Positions 37,601-50,728 of a DNA stretch of 64,000 bases are shown here, piece after piece. The notes under the pieces were generated by a model. It worked only from the letters and a program-made list of their open reading frames with translations. It was not told where the DNA came from and did no database searches. Both the position numbers and the translations under genes were made by a program. The DNA is from Ophelia neglecta (taxonomy: Eukaryota). The DNA lies in the NCBI GenBank assembly GCA_965285935.1, contig OZ260667.1, forward strand, positions 22,878,001 to 22,942,000. The letters run 5' to 3'. Numbering within the stretch: position 1 is the first letter of the stretch; each line of letters begins with the position of its first letter.

Positions 37601-40600
37601 TAAGGCTGAGCTGCTATACACCATAGACCAGACCCCACCATGGTATACCTGCATTATACTCGGGCTACAGGTAGGCTATGAACTGATCATCTCGTAAAGA
37701 GTTATTAATGTGATTTTTACATTGATACGGATGATAAAAAGAAATAATGGGTTATCAAATTTAATTCAATTTTAACAAATATCAGAAAATATCACGCTTT
37801 TCGAAATGCTTTTCAGTTTACTTCAAACAAGGACAAATCAAACATTATCTGAAACGTTAACCATTTATTGCCGTGTGAAATTCCTGTTAATTTCGCCAAT
37901 TTTGTGTCACAGCGAATTCAAATATTTTAATCGAGCACTATTTCCCATTAAGAAAGTGGAAAATATTAAAAGTAGACGCAACAATAGGCTAAAAGGTGCT
38001 ACACCTAAACGACGCCATTCTTTCATGTTTTCAGCATTATTTGACTATGTTCGGGGCGACCTTTGCCATCCCGTTGATCGTGGCTCCCAGTCTGTGTATC
38101 GGAGACGACATGTTGGCCACGAGCGAAATTCTAGGCACCATTCTCTTCGTCTCCGGTATAGTTACCATCCTCCAAGCCACATTCGGAAACAGGTAGGGCT
38201 ACCAAGAATACCATAGAACTTATAGTAAAATGTTCTTTTAAGTGTATAAATGTTTAAGGGTCATTTTCTTATTTTATTGGCCAAGAACCTGCTAAAATAT
38301 CGCTAGCAAAAACAAGACAATCCTAACCTTTAAGTTTGGCGGCCCCTGTTCACTTTAATATTTTTCAACGGCACTTATGCTAAGGTTCCTGTAAACGGGT
38401 TATGATAGTCAATTCGACATAGTTATCACTGATTTCAGATTACCTATTGTACAAGGAGGGTCCTTTGCATTTCTCGCGCCTATATTCGCTATCCTGGCTT
38501 TGGATCAGTGGAAATGCCCACCAGTTCCTGGTATGTATACACATTTACGGGTGGCGCTCTCATCCAATATGTTTTGATTCAGTTTGCGAAGAGTCAAAGT
38601 TGAATATAAAAAACACAAGGCGCCTGCTTGGAAAGCATTGTTGTTAGGCCTAGCCTAATTCGTTAGACCATTATCTGTGCATGGGGTAATGTAGGTCATT
38701 ATTTGATTCCGCCTAGTATGGTGAATCTATGTAAGTTCGCGCAACATCTACTCGAACTGACAAGGATTTCCCATTATCTTAACAATTTTTTCAACCTTCT
38801 TCAATCTGTATATTATTTGTTGAAATTACTATCGTATGGGACAAGAACCAGATATTTGTGCAAGACCAATATCGGATAAGCGATTGAAGTAAGCTAGACC
38901 GATCCGTTTTGAGTTTTAATTCGCGCAGCTTTGGGTAGAGTCGCGATCCCATTCTAGTTCTAGTTTGCGCATCCGGTCTTTCAAGTTACGACCATTAAAA
39001 GTGTCTGACGAAAACTTTTATACTGAGGAAAAGTGAATCAATATTTATGACGAAAATAACTACTTAGCTAGCATGTAATACATCTTTTAATTCCGTACAG
39101 TACAGTTTGAATAACAAATAAGATTCATTCGTTGGTTTTAGCAAAAATGACCTTTTAAGTTCGCGCAATAGAACCGTGTTAATTGCGTTTAGTAAAGTAA
39201 AACAGCTTTAATATTGGATGCGTGGGTTCCTTACACCAAAGCATGATTAGAATGTTGTTATGAGCAGCAGAAGCAACCAACTGAACCACTACTGATGATA
39301 AAAAAAGTGTTATTAAATAATTTATAATGAGTCAAAAATCAAAGGAGTGTATATTCACCTTGAAGTTGACCTCAAAATGTCAACATCAAGGTTCGTCCGG
39401 GCTGACATGACATCATTGGGCTCCTACAAGGCGCTCATTCTGACAGGCTGCAGTATACATGGTACACATCTGTCACAATAATCCATCGTGTTTTTTATCA
39501 AGTTGAGACCTTGGTTTTCGTCAAGATTTTCTATCCAGGATGAGACCTTGAAAATAAACCCAGACCATTTATAGTAACACATAGCCTAGTTTAGCTCAAT
39601 TTGCCCAAAATTCTTGATTACTATTAAGGGACGTTACTACAACAATACATCTTACTTTTATTCGTATATGTTTGGGCATAACAGACATAATCTAAAAGAA
39701 ATTAGTACATGCAATACTCTGAAATGACGAAGTTATAAACTCCTACGAACTAGGCAAATGGTCATTATTTAACAAAAGATTCAAACGCCCTAACACAGTT
39801 GTATTAAACATGTCGTTTTATAAAGTCTTTTTTTTTCACAGGCAACTACACTGTAAACAACGTCAGTACGGATTATTACGGTAGTGCAGAACACAGAGTG
39901 GTCTGGACTGATCGCATGAGAGAGGTGAGGCAAAATTCATTAAAGTGTTATCATGAAGTAAAATATAATATTTCCTCGTAAATTGGGGGAAACTCCCATA
40001 GCACTCGACTTTGCACTGTACGTTTAAAACGCATGCGAATTCAATATCTTCAGAGTGACTGGCAAATTTATAGTTGCCGGCGGGTATTGGGAATTGTATT
40101 TTGAAAGGTGAAGACAGTCGAGCTTATCAGAATTTTTTTTTAAACTCATCCATGTTCTGACTTGAATAAGGTTTGTCACCATTTGACTAAATTCAAAAGA
40201 CGCACTAGTATAGTCTCGACATTTAAGAAATCCACCCCAGTCCTCGGGCGTAGAAAGCTTGGCTATTTTTTTACGGAATACTTGATAATTCGGAATAAAA
40301 AGAAGTAAGCTAGATCTACTAAGTAAGAAGTGAGCTAAGTTCCTTCCAAGCTCAATTAGCAGCATTGTTGCGACTTCCGCTTCCGGTTATCGGCGCTTCT
40401 TGAGCTGTGCGAACGTTGGCGCTGCTGCTTTTTCCGGTCACGTGGTTTAGGGCAGGCTTATTCGCTAGCGGACAGGGAAGCTGCGCTGATTATACGGATA
40501 GCAATCCTAGGCAATAGCAAGGCATATGATTATTCTAAAATTACCAATTCTTTTCAATTTAACAAATTGTAGTTAATACCATTCTTTTAATCACTGTACA

Positions 40601-43600
40601 TTGTTTCAGATCCAAGGAGCGATAATAGGGGCCTCTTTCTTCGAGGTTCTTATAGGGGCGACGGGTCTGGTGGGCCTCTGTCTGCGGTTCATCACTCCAC
40701 TCTCCATCGCTCCCACCATCGCCCTTGTGGGGATGTCTCTCTTCGGGGCCGCTGCTAACTTTGCCTCTAGACAATGGTGGATCGCCTTAATGTACGTGTA
40801 AACAACCAATTTAAATAGCCAATTGTGCATTCGGCACAAATTTGAACGTTACATTTGCAACATGTTAAAATGTTGCAAAATATTATATAAAAGGCCTATT
40901 GCATATTTAGGCTAGCCTAGCCAATATGTCATTATTAAATTCATGTAACTTACTTATCATAGGTACTATCCCCCCCCCAAAAAAAAAACCCAAAGAAAAA
41001 CAATATTCCAGATTAAAATAAAAAGCTGTTCGTCACTCGATCGTGCACGTGTTTGTCTTGTTGTGGACGCCCATTGCAAGCGTTTACATTGAAAAAAGAA
41101 GGAGGTCACATCTGAAACCGTTTACTACTCAGCAAACACGTGCAGCCCTATCTGTTTTTGTCATACAGTACGGGAACCATGTATGTTAAGAATAACCACA
41201 AACTAAAGTTCAGCTACAGCTTTAACAGCTGCCTTTTAATGTCATAACTTGCGCATTACTATTTTCAGGACAATCGTGTTGATCATCATATTCTCCCAAT
41301 ACATGAGAAACATTCAAATTCCTATCTGCTCCTGCAACAAAGGCTGTAAAGACCTGCGCTGCAGCGGCAAGCTGCCTCTCTTTAAAATGTTCCCGGTAAG
41401 AGTAAAGTCTGTGCTGCCTATTAAATTATAATTTATCAGATATTTAAACCAATAAATATGAAGGAAATTGTGTTTATCTTCGGTTTTGTCTATGCATATT
41501 CATTCGGCAAAGGTGGTATGATTATATTGATGGCCATATCAACGTATAACCCGCCTCTGATTTAACTTTTCACTGACAATATTGTGTAGGATAATGCACG
41601 GTTATTCAAAGATATACAGGGTAAAATGGAGAGTGACGTTTAAAGAAATAGACAAAGCTTGTATGGTGCAGACCGATAGACCGGCTGCCCCCTTAAGTTA
41701 GGGATGTGCTTAAAGGGTAACAATTAAATATATCTACTTTGCACCGGGTAAGAAGAGTTACCAGTGTTCACAGGGATAATTTCATGGTGTAGATTTTTAG
41801 ATCTTTACAACCATGCAGTATATTCTACAATCACTATATCCCTCTCCAAATTGTTCTGCTATGATAGTCTCAATTAATCATCTCAATAAATTTTTTCACA
41901 AAGCTTCAGGATTTCATCTCCGAGGTTTATTTCCAGGCGAAAATTCGTTTATTCATGCACATATAAAAATAGTTTCATTATTTAAAAAGCTTTTAAATTT
42001 GGTAAAATATGTAATGCGTCGGCCGGGAGTCGAACCCGGATCGATTGCTTGGAAGGCAACCATGCTAACCGCTACACCACCGACGCTGGTTGAATGATAT
42101 CGACAAAGATTAACTGGCAATGTCCAAAGATCAATAGGCTATACAGGCCTTTTACTCAGGTAACGTTACCGCTGATTTCTGCTGATTTGTGTACCTATAT
42201 GCGCGGAGAGTTCATCACATTTATAATATCTTGTAGATGACAAAATGGGCAGGGGTGGGGGTGGAGGGGCTAGAAGCTAGATCATTGGGTATGATATTTG
42301 GAGAAAAAGTTGGTATATCAGGTTCAGGCAGCCTCTCTCCACACCACTTTAGTTGTTTATGGGCATATAGGACCTTAGTAAGAGAGTTTTCAGTTTGTTA
42401 TTAAAAAGCGACACGTGTTATTTTTAGTGCATTTTTCATAGCAGCCATTTTACTTGTAGGCCTGGGCCTAAAGGCAGGTTAACTCTTCAAACGTGCTAAC
42501 TAGGGTAGGTTATAATCAATGATTTGTATTAAAAAGTTTAAAGAAAAAAAATATTTTCTGTTTTTCAGATCATAATGGGAGTAGTGTTATCCTGGTTGAT
42601 CTGTGCTATTTTGACTGCGGCAAATGTTCTCCCAAATGACAGTAAAGAGTGGGGTTACTACGCCCGGACGGACACCAAGATAGAGGTGCTCTACAAGGCG
42701 AAGTGGTTCCGATTCCCCTACCCTGGTGAGTTCCTTGTCTTCAATGACGAAAATGATGTCAGTTCGGTTGATTGGTTTTCAAGAATGAAGTTTAACAAAA
42801 GTTTTTGGCGCATTCAGGATTAATCGCATTAACCTTGTGTAGACCCAGTTACTATAGTCGTGTTAATAGCTTAAGAAAACAAAGTTACTATCATAGTCTA
42901 GTCTGTTTAGGGTCTCTAATAAATTGATTTATAAAATCACTTTATTGACTGTGACAAATAAATGAAAAGGTTTACCAGGTCACGAGAACAGTAAACCATA
43001 TATGAGCATGGCAGAGGAGCAAGGACGGTTTGCTGTTTACATGGATGCAGCATCCCCCCCCCCCCGCCCCCGCCAAGAAAAAAAAACCCAAAAAAACATA
43101 TACAATAGCCTACACACAAACGTCCGGACGCCGAACATGCCCTCTCAGCAATTAACTCTTTTTGTCTGGATCTGTATGAGCGTATCGTGTGAGCGTGCGC
43201 ATATGCTTATATATTTAACAAGTGTAGGAATTAACAAGTGTAGGAATTAAAATAATTTGAAACCAAAGATTATTGTCACTAATGAACCACTTGCAGCGAC
43301 ATAGTTCTACTTTAAAATGTTTACTAAAAATGGCTCTAGGCATCTATAACAGCCCCACACATGTAGAGAACAATCATAGGCCTAATTCATTCCTTTTATA
43401 TAACAACCCATTTTTTCCTTATTTAGCGCAATGGGGATTGCCTACCTTCAGTGTAGCCGGAGTTTTTGGGATGCTTGCGGGAACTATTGCCGGGATGATG
43501 GAGTCAATAGGAGACTACTACGCATGCGCTAGACTCGCTGGGGCTCCCCCTCCTCCAGTTCACGCCGTCAACAGAGGTAAGACATAGGATTAGGGAAATT

Positions 43601-45415
43601 TGTCAACTGATGTATGGGCTCATAAAAATTGACTCTACAGGCATGTGTTTGAACCACTCAGTTTCTGTTTCCCAATCTGTCATTGCCGGTATGGTACGTT
43701 TTTGATGTTCCTATTTTCTCGGTTATAGGTGTTTTCGTCGAGGGACTCGGTTGCATTTTCTCGGGACTATGGGGCACCGGAAGTGGAACTACATCATACA
43801 GTGAAAATATCGGAGCCATTGGTCTTACTAAAGTATGGTTCAAGACTAACTATTTACCCTAAATACCACATTGCTATTCTTAGGCAATATAACTATTATA
43901 GTATAAGTATCTTCCTTCGTATTATAACTTGTGTTGTTTATTATTAAATAATAAATCACATAAATATTGTATTAATTAGGATTGAACCAATACAATTTTC
44001 TTGGTTATTCTCTTTGTATTTGAGATCTATCTTCACAAATAACGAGATGTCGTGTTTCGTTCCAGGTAGCCAGTCGACGTGTTATACAAGTGGGGGGAGT
44101 TGTTTTTATTTTCTTCGGACTTTTTGCAAAGTTCGGAGCGCTGTTTGTATCACTGCCAGATCCTATCGTTGGAGGGGTTTTTATGGTCATGTTCGGTTAG
44201 TAGATGGCAAATGAATTCCACATTCAGCCGCTGTTTTAATTTGACTTAACAATTTATAGTAGTATCTATGGAAAAAGAATCGTTGAAACCTTTCCAGTAA
44301 CAGTTACAGCTTCTTTTTATTAGAATTGCTTGTTAAAGTCAGACACAATTCTTTACCTGTATGATCTGAGAACAGAACTACACAAGCAGTTGATGCCTTT
44401 ATATGTCACTACAATACAGGCCTTGTCTACAGCTCTGCATTCGCCAGCTTCTTTAGTTTTTTTTTATAAGCGTTAAACATTTTGTTTACAGGTATGATTG
44501 CTGCCGTTGGAATCTCAAATTTGCAGTTCGTAGATATGAACTCTTCGCGTAATCTTTTTATTTTTGGATTTTCCTTGTTTTTTGGACTCTCAATGCCTAA
44601 TTGGATGTCAAACAACACGTCTACCATTAAAACCGGAAACAGTGTGGTCGACCAAATATTTACTGTACTACTCAGTACCAGTATGTTCGTCGGCGGCGTA
44701 GTAGCTATTATTTTGGACAATACGGTACCTGGTAAGTTTTCCTGCATGAGTTGAACCAAAAGGAACGTCTTCTTATTTAGTTCACAGAACTTCTTATGTA
44801 TGATGAATAAGTCTATGACTTTGCGGTATGACTGGTGTCTGGAAACTTCTCTATGAACTTGTTAATTCGAGTAATTATTACTCGCTGTCTGAGTGGTCGA
44901 AATTGCGTGAGAACATCATTAGATATGCCTAATAATATGTACATTCTATTATAGTATATTTTATTATTAAATGATCTTCTATTTGTCTCACATTTTAACG
45001 TAAAATGTAATATGGTAAACATCTGGCACATGTCGCGTTAATGGCTAAGAGCTTTGTTTTTCTTCTTTTAGGGACTGATGAGGAGAGAGGAGTTGTCCAG
45101 TGGCGGGCAATGATCAACGGCAATGCATCTTTGGAAGACGCGGAAGGTGTTCGGACATACGACTTCCCGTTCGGAATGAATGCCATTCGAAAGGCCAACT
45201 GGTTGCGTTTTATCCCACTCTGTCCTACATACAAAGGATGGGGCTATAAGAAAAGAGCAAACAGTGTCAAAGACGAACCGGAAGTTATAGTCAAAGCGCC
45301 ATCTTCGAATGGGGAAAATGTCCACCATCGGAAATCCGGTGACCGCCAGTCACCTCCTCCAAAATACGACGCAGTGTCAAGCGAGAATAGAAACGCCGGT
45401 TCTACGGATATGTAA
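31696..45415 (+). CDS. SLC23/NCS2 (nucleobase-ascorbate transporter) family member, 13 coding exons, 656 aa
   Basis: Exons 31696-31731, 37503-37670, 38035-38192, 38439-38530, 39842-39924, 40610-40791, 41269-41395, 42569-42725, 43427-43576, 43729-43832, 44066-44195, 44492-44731, 45072-45415. All introns are GT-AG and phase-compatible; total 1971 nt. Motifs: PPW...[64 protein letters not shown]. The first exon ([12 protein letters not shown]) is less certain than the rest. Confidence 0.95.
34636..34928 (+). repeat. 24-bp minisatellite, ~12 copies, intronic
   Basis: Unit TGTGACCCACCCCTCCACAGACAC. Confidence 0.97.
42015..42086 (-). tRNA. tRNA-Gly-TCC: tRNA-Gly (anticodon TCC), intronic and antisense to the SLC23 gene
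   Basis: GCGTCGG TG GTGT AGCGGTTA GCAT G GTTGC CTTCCAA GCAAT CGAT CCGGG TTCGACT CCCGG CCGACGC A forms a complete 72-nt cloverleaf with A and B boxes. A T4 run lies ~8 nt downstream. Confidence 0.96.
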
Positions 45416-47013
45416 TTTACATCATTTTATCCATGGGAACACATAAAATAACGATCAAGCATAAGAAATGTCGAACATGGAAAACTTTAATTCCTATTCA
45501 GCAGCGTGTTTTTTGTCTTTTTCTGCGTGTATCTCTCACATAAAGAGCCACAACGTTTTCATTTGCAGAACACGTTTCCTTCAAAAGGAAGCGGTTTGGC
45601 TACAGCTTATGACTGGTGACTCTTTTTCGGGGACTACCAAGTCGCATATCTCAACATCTACTTTTTATTTATTGCTTTCCAGCACCAGTATGATATGATA
45701 ATCGGATAATTAAATCATTAAAGTAGGACTAATGTCAAAGTTAATTATATGCCTATTATATGTAGCCAACAACCTTTGGTATGCTGGGCCAACAGTGTTT
45801 TGAGACTTGCTAAATCATAGAGTTTAGTATATGAAATAATTGATAGGCCAACAATAGTTTATGTTATGGACTAGAAGTCTTGAACGATTTATAGTTACTG
45901 TTTTTCTATATACATAAATCAAAGATATTTATTTTTACATGTGGTCATAGAATATTTATTCATATCATATTCGTTAATTGCTTATATGTTTTGTTTTAAC
46001 GTGTAATCATTGTGTTTAACTATGGATCCCCCAGATCCTTGCTGTTTAGATTTAGGCATTCATATAAAAATGATTTTTTCCTTACATAGTAATATTTCGT
46101 TTATTGTTTCTTCATCAATCATTATCGTTTACCCTACAAGTTCCTCCTGCTTTACTCACATGGGCTCAAACAACCAATCGGAGCCGGAGCCAATACTTGT
46201 GTGTACCTCGTCCGTACCTGGATTGGCTCTTCGATCTATAAAGGGAAAGTATAGCTTACAAAGGTAATTTCCAAATCGTTTAGGACATCTGTCTAAAACA
46301 GCAACACCTGAGTAACTTGCGGTTCGGGGTCGGGGGTTCGGGCATGCTCAACAGAGAATTTGAGCCCTTCGAAACTTCCGATCAAATATTATTGAAATTA
46401 AACAATAAATGGCTAAGGCATTGTTTGACATGTTTACACTAGTCCCGAAACCGAAATTGTATCTTGGAGAGACACAAGCGAGTATGAAGCACGTTGACCG
46501 ACAATTAAGTTCAGATAAATCTTTCTATGCAAAGGTGAGAAAGGATGACAATTGGCATTTGACATTTTCAACATTCATCTAGTTTGTTTTCAAAGACACA
46601 CACACTCAAATCCAAATCATACCCCTATGAATCCAATGATACCTTCGCAATGCATAGCACGGTAAAGATTGACACCGATTTTCGATAGAGGAATGTAATA
46701 TTATACCTGTTCTGAAAGATGGAGCGAAAATAAGGCTTTCACGTTCGCTACTTGATCCTAAGTTAGTAACAACGTGGATCTATATTTCGGTGTTATTTAG
46801 AAAGTCCACCGAGCGACCTTTTCATAAATAGTTTCATTAAAAGAAGGATTAATAATGGATATAAATAATACTTTCCCCGGATATCTCTTGCAATTTTCAT
46901 TTTAGTTTTTTCATTGTCTCTGCCATACAGGTTGGAATGGTCGATTAGTATAGGGTAGGAAAACACCAGTTCACTACACTAAGTATTTAGTTCGTAAAAT
47001 ATCTGACACAAAA

Positions 47014-47730
47014 GATTATTTATTTATTCATTTATTTATTTAAAAACATCTTTATCCTGGGTAGCCCTTTCAGCCACGCTGTTCTCTCAAGGGGCTCAGC
47101 AATTAAAATAAAATACAACGAAACGATATAATCATCATACAGTAAAATGGAATTATTGAAAATAAGTCATCAATAAGTAATTATCTACCGACATAATACA
47201 ACAAGCAGATTTTATAATTTACAGCAATACAATGAACAAATGGCCTACACTTTTAACTAAAAAAAAAGGATTTCGTAAGGCTTTTATAAAAGATAAAAAA
47301 AAAATTTTCCCCATAACTCATTGGGGTGGCGTTGAGCTAAATACTCTAAAGATCATTTGGAAAGGTCATCTTATGTGTAATGAGGGACTAGTTTGTTTTG
47401 TTTTTTTGTCTGTTTCTGGTAGTACGAGTATAATAATCTGCAACAAAAGTAAGTTTGTCAGACAAACTCTAAGGCGCCAGGCCATGGAGACATTTAAATG
47501 TAAATAATGCGATAAAATAACATCGCATCTCTCTCAATTTCATGATTCCAAGGAGCTTACGGAGTCTAGATGCGCTAGTATTTCTGTCGAAATTACCTGT
47601 GATGCAGCGGGCTGCTCGATTCTGTAAAATGATGAATTTTATCAAAACTTTGAGTGGAGTAGTGACCCCAAATAGTTTAACAATAATCAAAGTGTGGTTG
47701 GAAACAGAGCATCTTAAAAAGTTCATTCAC
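47014..47730 (-). mobile_element. Decayed 3' end of a CR1-group (L2/Crack-like) LINE
   Basis: Translation includes LQNRAARCITGNFD...LLGIMKLREMRCYFIALFTFKCLHGLAP. The minus strand ends GGGCTACCCAGGATAAAGATGTTTTT followed by an (AAAT)n-like tail. Confidence 0.8.
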
Positions 47731-48632
47731 TGATAGAACATGAACACATTGAGCCGGTAACTATAAACGGATATATTAAAATTTTTGTTATCAAACTTCG
47801 AACCTTGATATGTTGGTTTGTACCATGGTTTCAAAAACCTTAGATGGTACACAATACTCATCCGCAGCACCAAAGTTACAGTTCTTATCACAATCACGGG
47901 AAAATACATGTCCCGATGATGTCACATTTACAAGTGGCCAATCACAGTTTGCTTGATAAAATGATGCATGGTGCTTCCTTTATTTTTTGGCCAATGAACA
48001 TAAGCTCTTATGGTTCAAATGGACTTGGTCTTTAAGAGCATGCATGAGTTAATATTGTCATTTGGCACATAATTCAAATCATTCTCCACGCATGCAGTTC
48101 TGATATACCGCTAAGCATTCAACCAGTCGATTTCGACTGAGAATCCTGGGTGTCCTGACGGTATGTCATGCCCGAAAACGTGACATTCCATATTCGTCTC
48201 TATCTGAGATTTGTTGTGAGTCTCTGAAGACATGCACTGAAGGTTTTGACACCTGACTTATCTGGTGCCAACTGTGATCAGAAGTCTGAAAACTGAAACG
48301 TTGTCTAAATCGCTTTAAAGCCATTCGTAATATGACAGTTTATATGATTCGGTCCTTTTATTTCCAGCTCTAAATTAGTATATTGCAATTTTGTAGAAGA
48401 GTCTTATCTTGTTGCGCGTGTAAATCTTATGTTTCATTATATCTGGACCCGGTAGGGGCGGAGAATTAAGCGTATTATTGCCTTGAAATATATAGCAAAT
48501 ACTTCAGCATTAAGCAACGAAAAAAAGCATTGTTGCCAACCTATGAGCAATATCCTAGCTCAATCATGACTGTATACATAACGAAACGAGAGTCAGGTTT
48601 TTTTTAAAAAAATGCTTAGACCCTAGAGGAGG

Positions 48633-49778
48633 TTATGAATGAAAGGTCCAAACATGTGGGAGGCCGCATAGTTCAAACCCCATGCGTGCTGCCATTTTTG
48701 CCAGACCCTCAGTTTCAATGTGGTTTTCGAAAACAAATGGAGGAAAAATAAGTCCTTTTCGGTGGCAATTAGCTCTCACAAGTAAAACACACCCTCCAAC
48801 ACCATCGATTTTTACAACATTTCCTTCTTTATGGATAGCAGGCAAGTATATTCGTTTGCTTTCATCGTATCCTTCAAGCATTAAGAATTCTCTGTTCACC
48901 TTGCTCAGGAACTCCTTAGAGCGATTGGTTTCACGCCACGTGTTCCTGTCGTAAACCAGCGAAACCCCGGTCCCAGCAGTGTACATGCAAGACGGAGCAA
49001 CGATGTCCTTTTCTGCTGAGAGGAGATGTTGAATTAAATCAGGGGGGACGTATTTCACATCACTGTCTATCCACAACACCCAGTCTTCATCAGTGATCCC
49101 GCGAGCCATTAACTGATTACGCGCAAGCGCCAAATGACCCCTGCGCACGCGCTGGAATCCCGGATCGTGCCGTGTAAACGCTGGGCGCTGGCGTAAGCCC
49201 TCCGCCGACCGGAAGACGCTGATTTTCCTGAAATGGTGTTCTAGTTTATCAGCATGCACTTTAGCTATCGAAAACGTCTTGTCCGTGCTCGTGTCCTCGC
49301 CTAACGCTATAGAAATCAGCTCGTGGGGATAGCTAAGGCTACAGAGTAAGTGAAAATAATGTGCTAAGTGGGATGCTGCATTTGACACGGGAGTTAATAT
49401 CACAATTTTCGAAGTAAAATTCTGTTTGAACGCCTCAGAATAATTTGACTTTTGAGACAACTGCAGAAACTTCTCATAGTCACGGTCCTCCGTTTTATTC
49501 ATTATGTATCCTGAGGGGCATTTTGGAGAAATGGTCGCAAGTTTCGGCACTTGGCAACCAGCCCTCGTCAGCTGATAAACCGATTCAGAATTAATGTCTA
49601 GTTGCGTTGTTCCTACGTTTGACACAACTCGGATGTAGTTGGTTCTGTGATGAATAAGTAGGTAAAGAATCATACAAAATGTTCCTATGTTAAACACAAC
49701 GAACATATTTTTCCATGTCGGAGTCATTTCCGGTGCGTTACCTCTGACTGCAACCGCACACGATGTTTTAGCAAGCAT
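48633..49778 (-). CDS. Anp1/Mnn9/Van1-like (GT62, GT-A fold) glycosyltransferase, type II membrane protein, single coding exon, 381 aa
   Basis: Intact ORF with an N-terminal TM anchor (MFVVFNIGTFCMILYLLI). Family motifs: IVILTP, LSYPHELISI, QRVRRGHLALARNQL, WVLWIDSDV (DxD), IDGVGGCVLLVRA..HR.G..FP, IETEGLAKMA..MG. A polypyrimidine/AG acceptor lies 24 nt upstream of the ATG (exon starts at 49802). Candidate 5'-UTR donors are at 51329 and 51910. Confidence 0.9.
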   Translation of the reverse strand: MLAKTSCAVAVRGNAPEMTPTWKNMFVVFNIGTFCMILYLLIHHRTNYIRVVSNVGTTQLDINSESVYQLTRAGCQVPKLATISPKCPSGYIMNKTEDRDYEKFLQLSQKSNYSEAFKQNFTSKIVILTPVSNAASHLAHYFHLLCSLSYPHELISIALGEDTSTDKTFSIAKVHADKLEHHFRKISVFRSAEGLRQRPAFTRHDPGFQRVRRGHLALARNQLMARGITDEDWVLWIDSDVKYVPPDLIQHLLSAEKDIVAPSCMYTAGTGVSLVYDRNTWRETNRSKEFLSKVNREFLMLEGYDESKRIYLPAIHKEGNVVKIDGVGGCVLLVRANCHRKGLIFPPFVFENHIETEGLAKMAARMGFELCGLPHVWTFHS

Positions 49779-50728
49779 GAAATAGCCTCTAGACTAAACG
49801 CACTGAAACAATGAAAGAAAGTTTAGTTAAACCAATAACAGTTGTGAAAAGTATTCAATAATTCTTCCTGATAAAATGCATAGGCCTTGACATTGACCAT
49901 TGGGGGTATTGAAGTCACATATAACCCATCGGAAAATAATGCCAGCTAAAATTTGACAGCATCGCCAAAGATAGGCAAGCTATTTTCATTCTGGCTACAC
50001 GCGGCATAAGCCCACCAGAGAAGTGGCGTGGGGTACAAGTCCTGACAGTTACACAAACACTGATCATAGTGGCTGCTCTGACTAGTCGGAATGAATGAAT
50101 TGTAGATATATTTGATAATTTAAAAGATATTTCCAGTCAACATATGCCCAAGCTGCATGTACTGTAGTATCAAGTACCAAAATGCTGTCACAAGTCAGTT
50201 ATTGCTTAAAGCTTGTATTGCATTTATAAAACAGCATATAGTAACAAAACTATGACCCTTAAAGCGTGGTTTAAGAGACAAAACTATTTATAACTTGTTT
50301 TCATCTGTTATGAGAAATAGGCACGGTCAAACGTTTAATTAAAAATGATTATTTTGATTTTAAACAGAGAAAGGACAGCATTTGCAGCTATTCAATGAAC
50401 CCTTCCCTGTAGTATCGCCGGAGTATCATACGAAGGCTTACACATTTCAGGCCTACATGTACAATAAAGTATGAATTAAACAACATTTGCCCTGGCAAAT
50501 GTACTCTCACCCAAGGAAGTTCGTAAAAGGAAAGTTTTTCCACTTATTCTCAAGCGAATTAGCTGAATTCCAAATCACACATTGTAAAATAATCTTTAAA
50601 TACGCGTTAGGCCTACGTGTGTATGATATTTTACGTCGACTCACCCTTAGGTTCGTAGACACAATAGTGTTTTTCAATTACTCTTGCGGCATATAATATG
50701 ATAACGATTTACCTGACAATAAATATTA

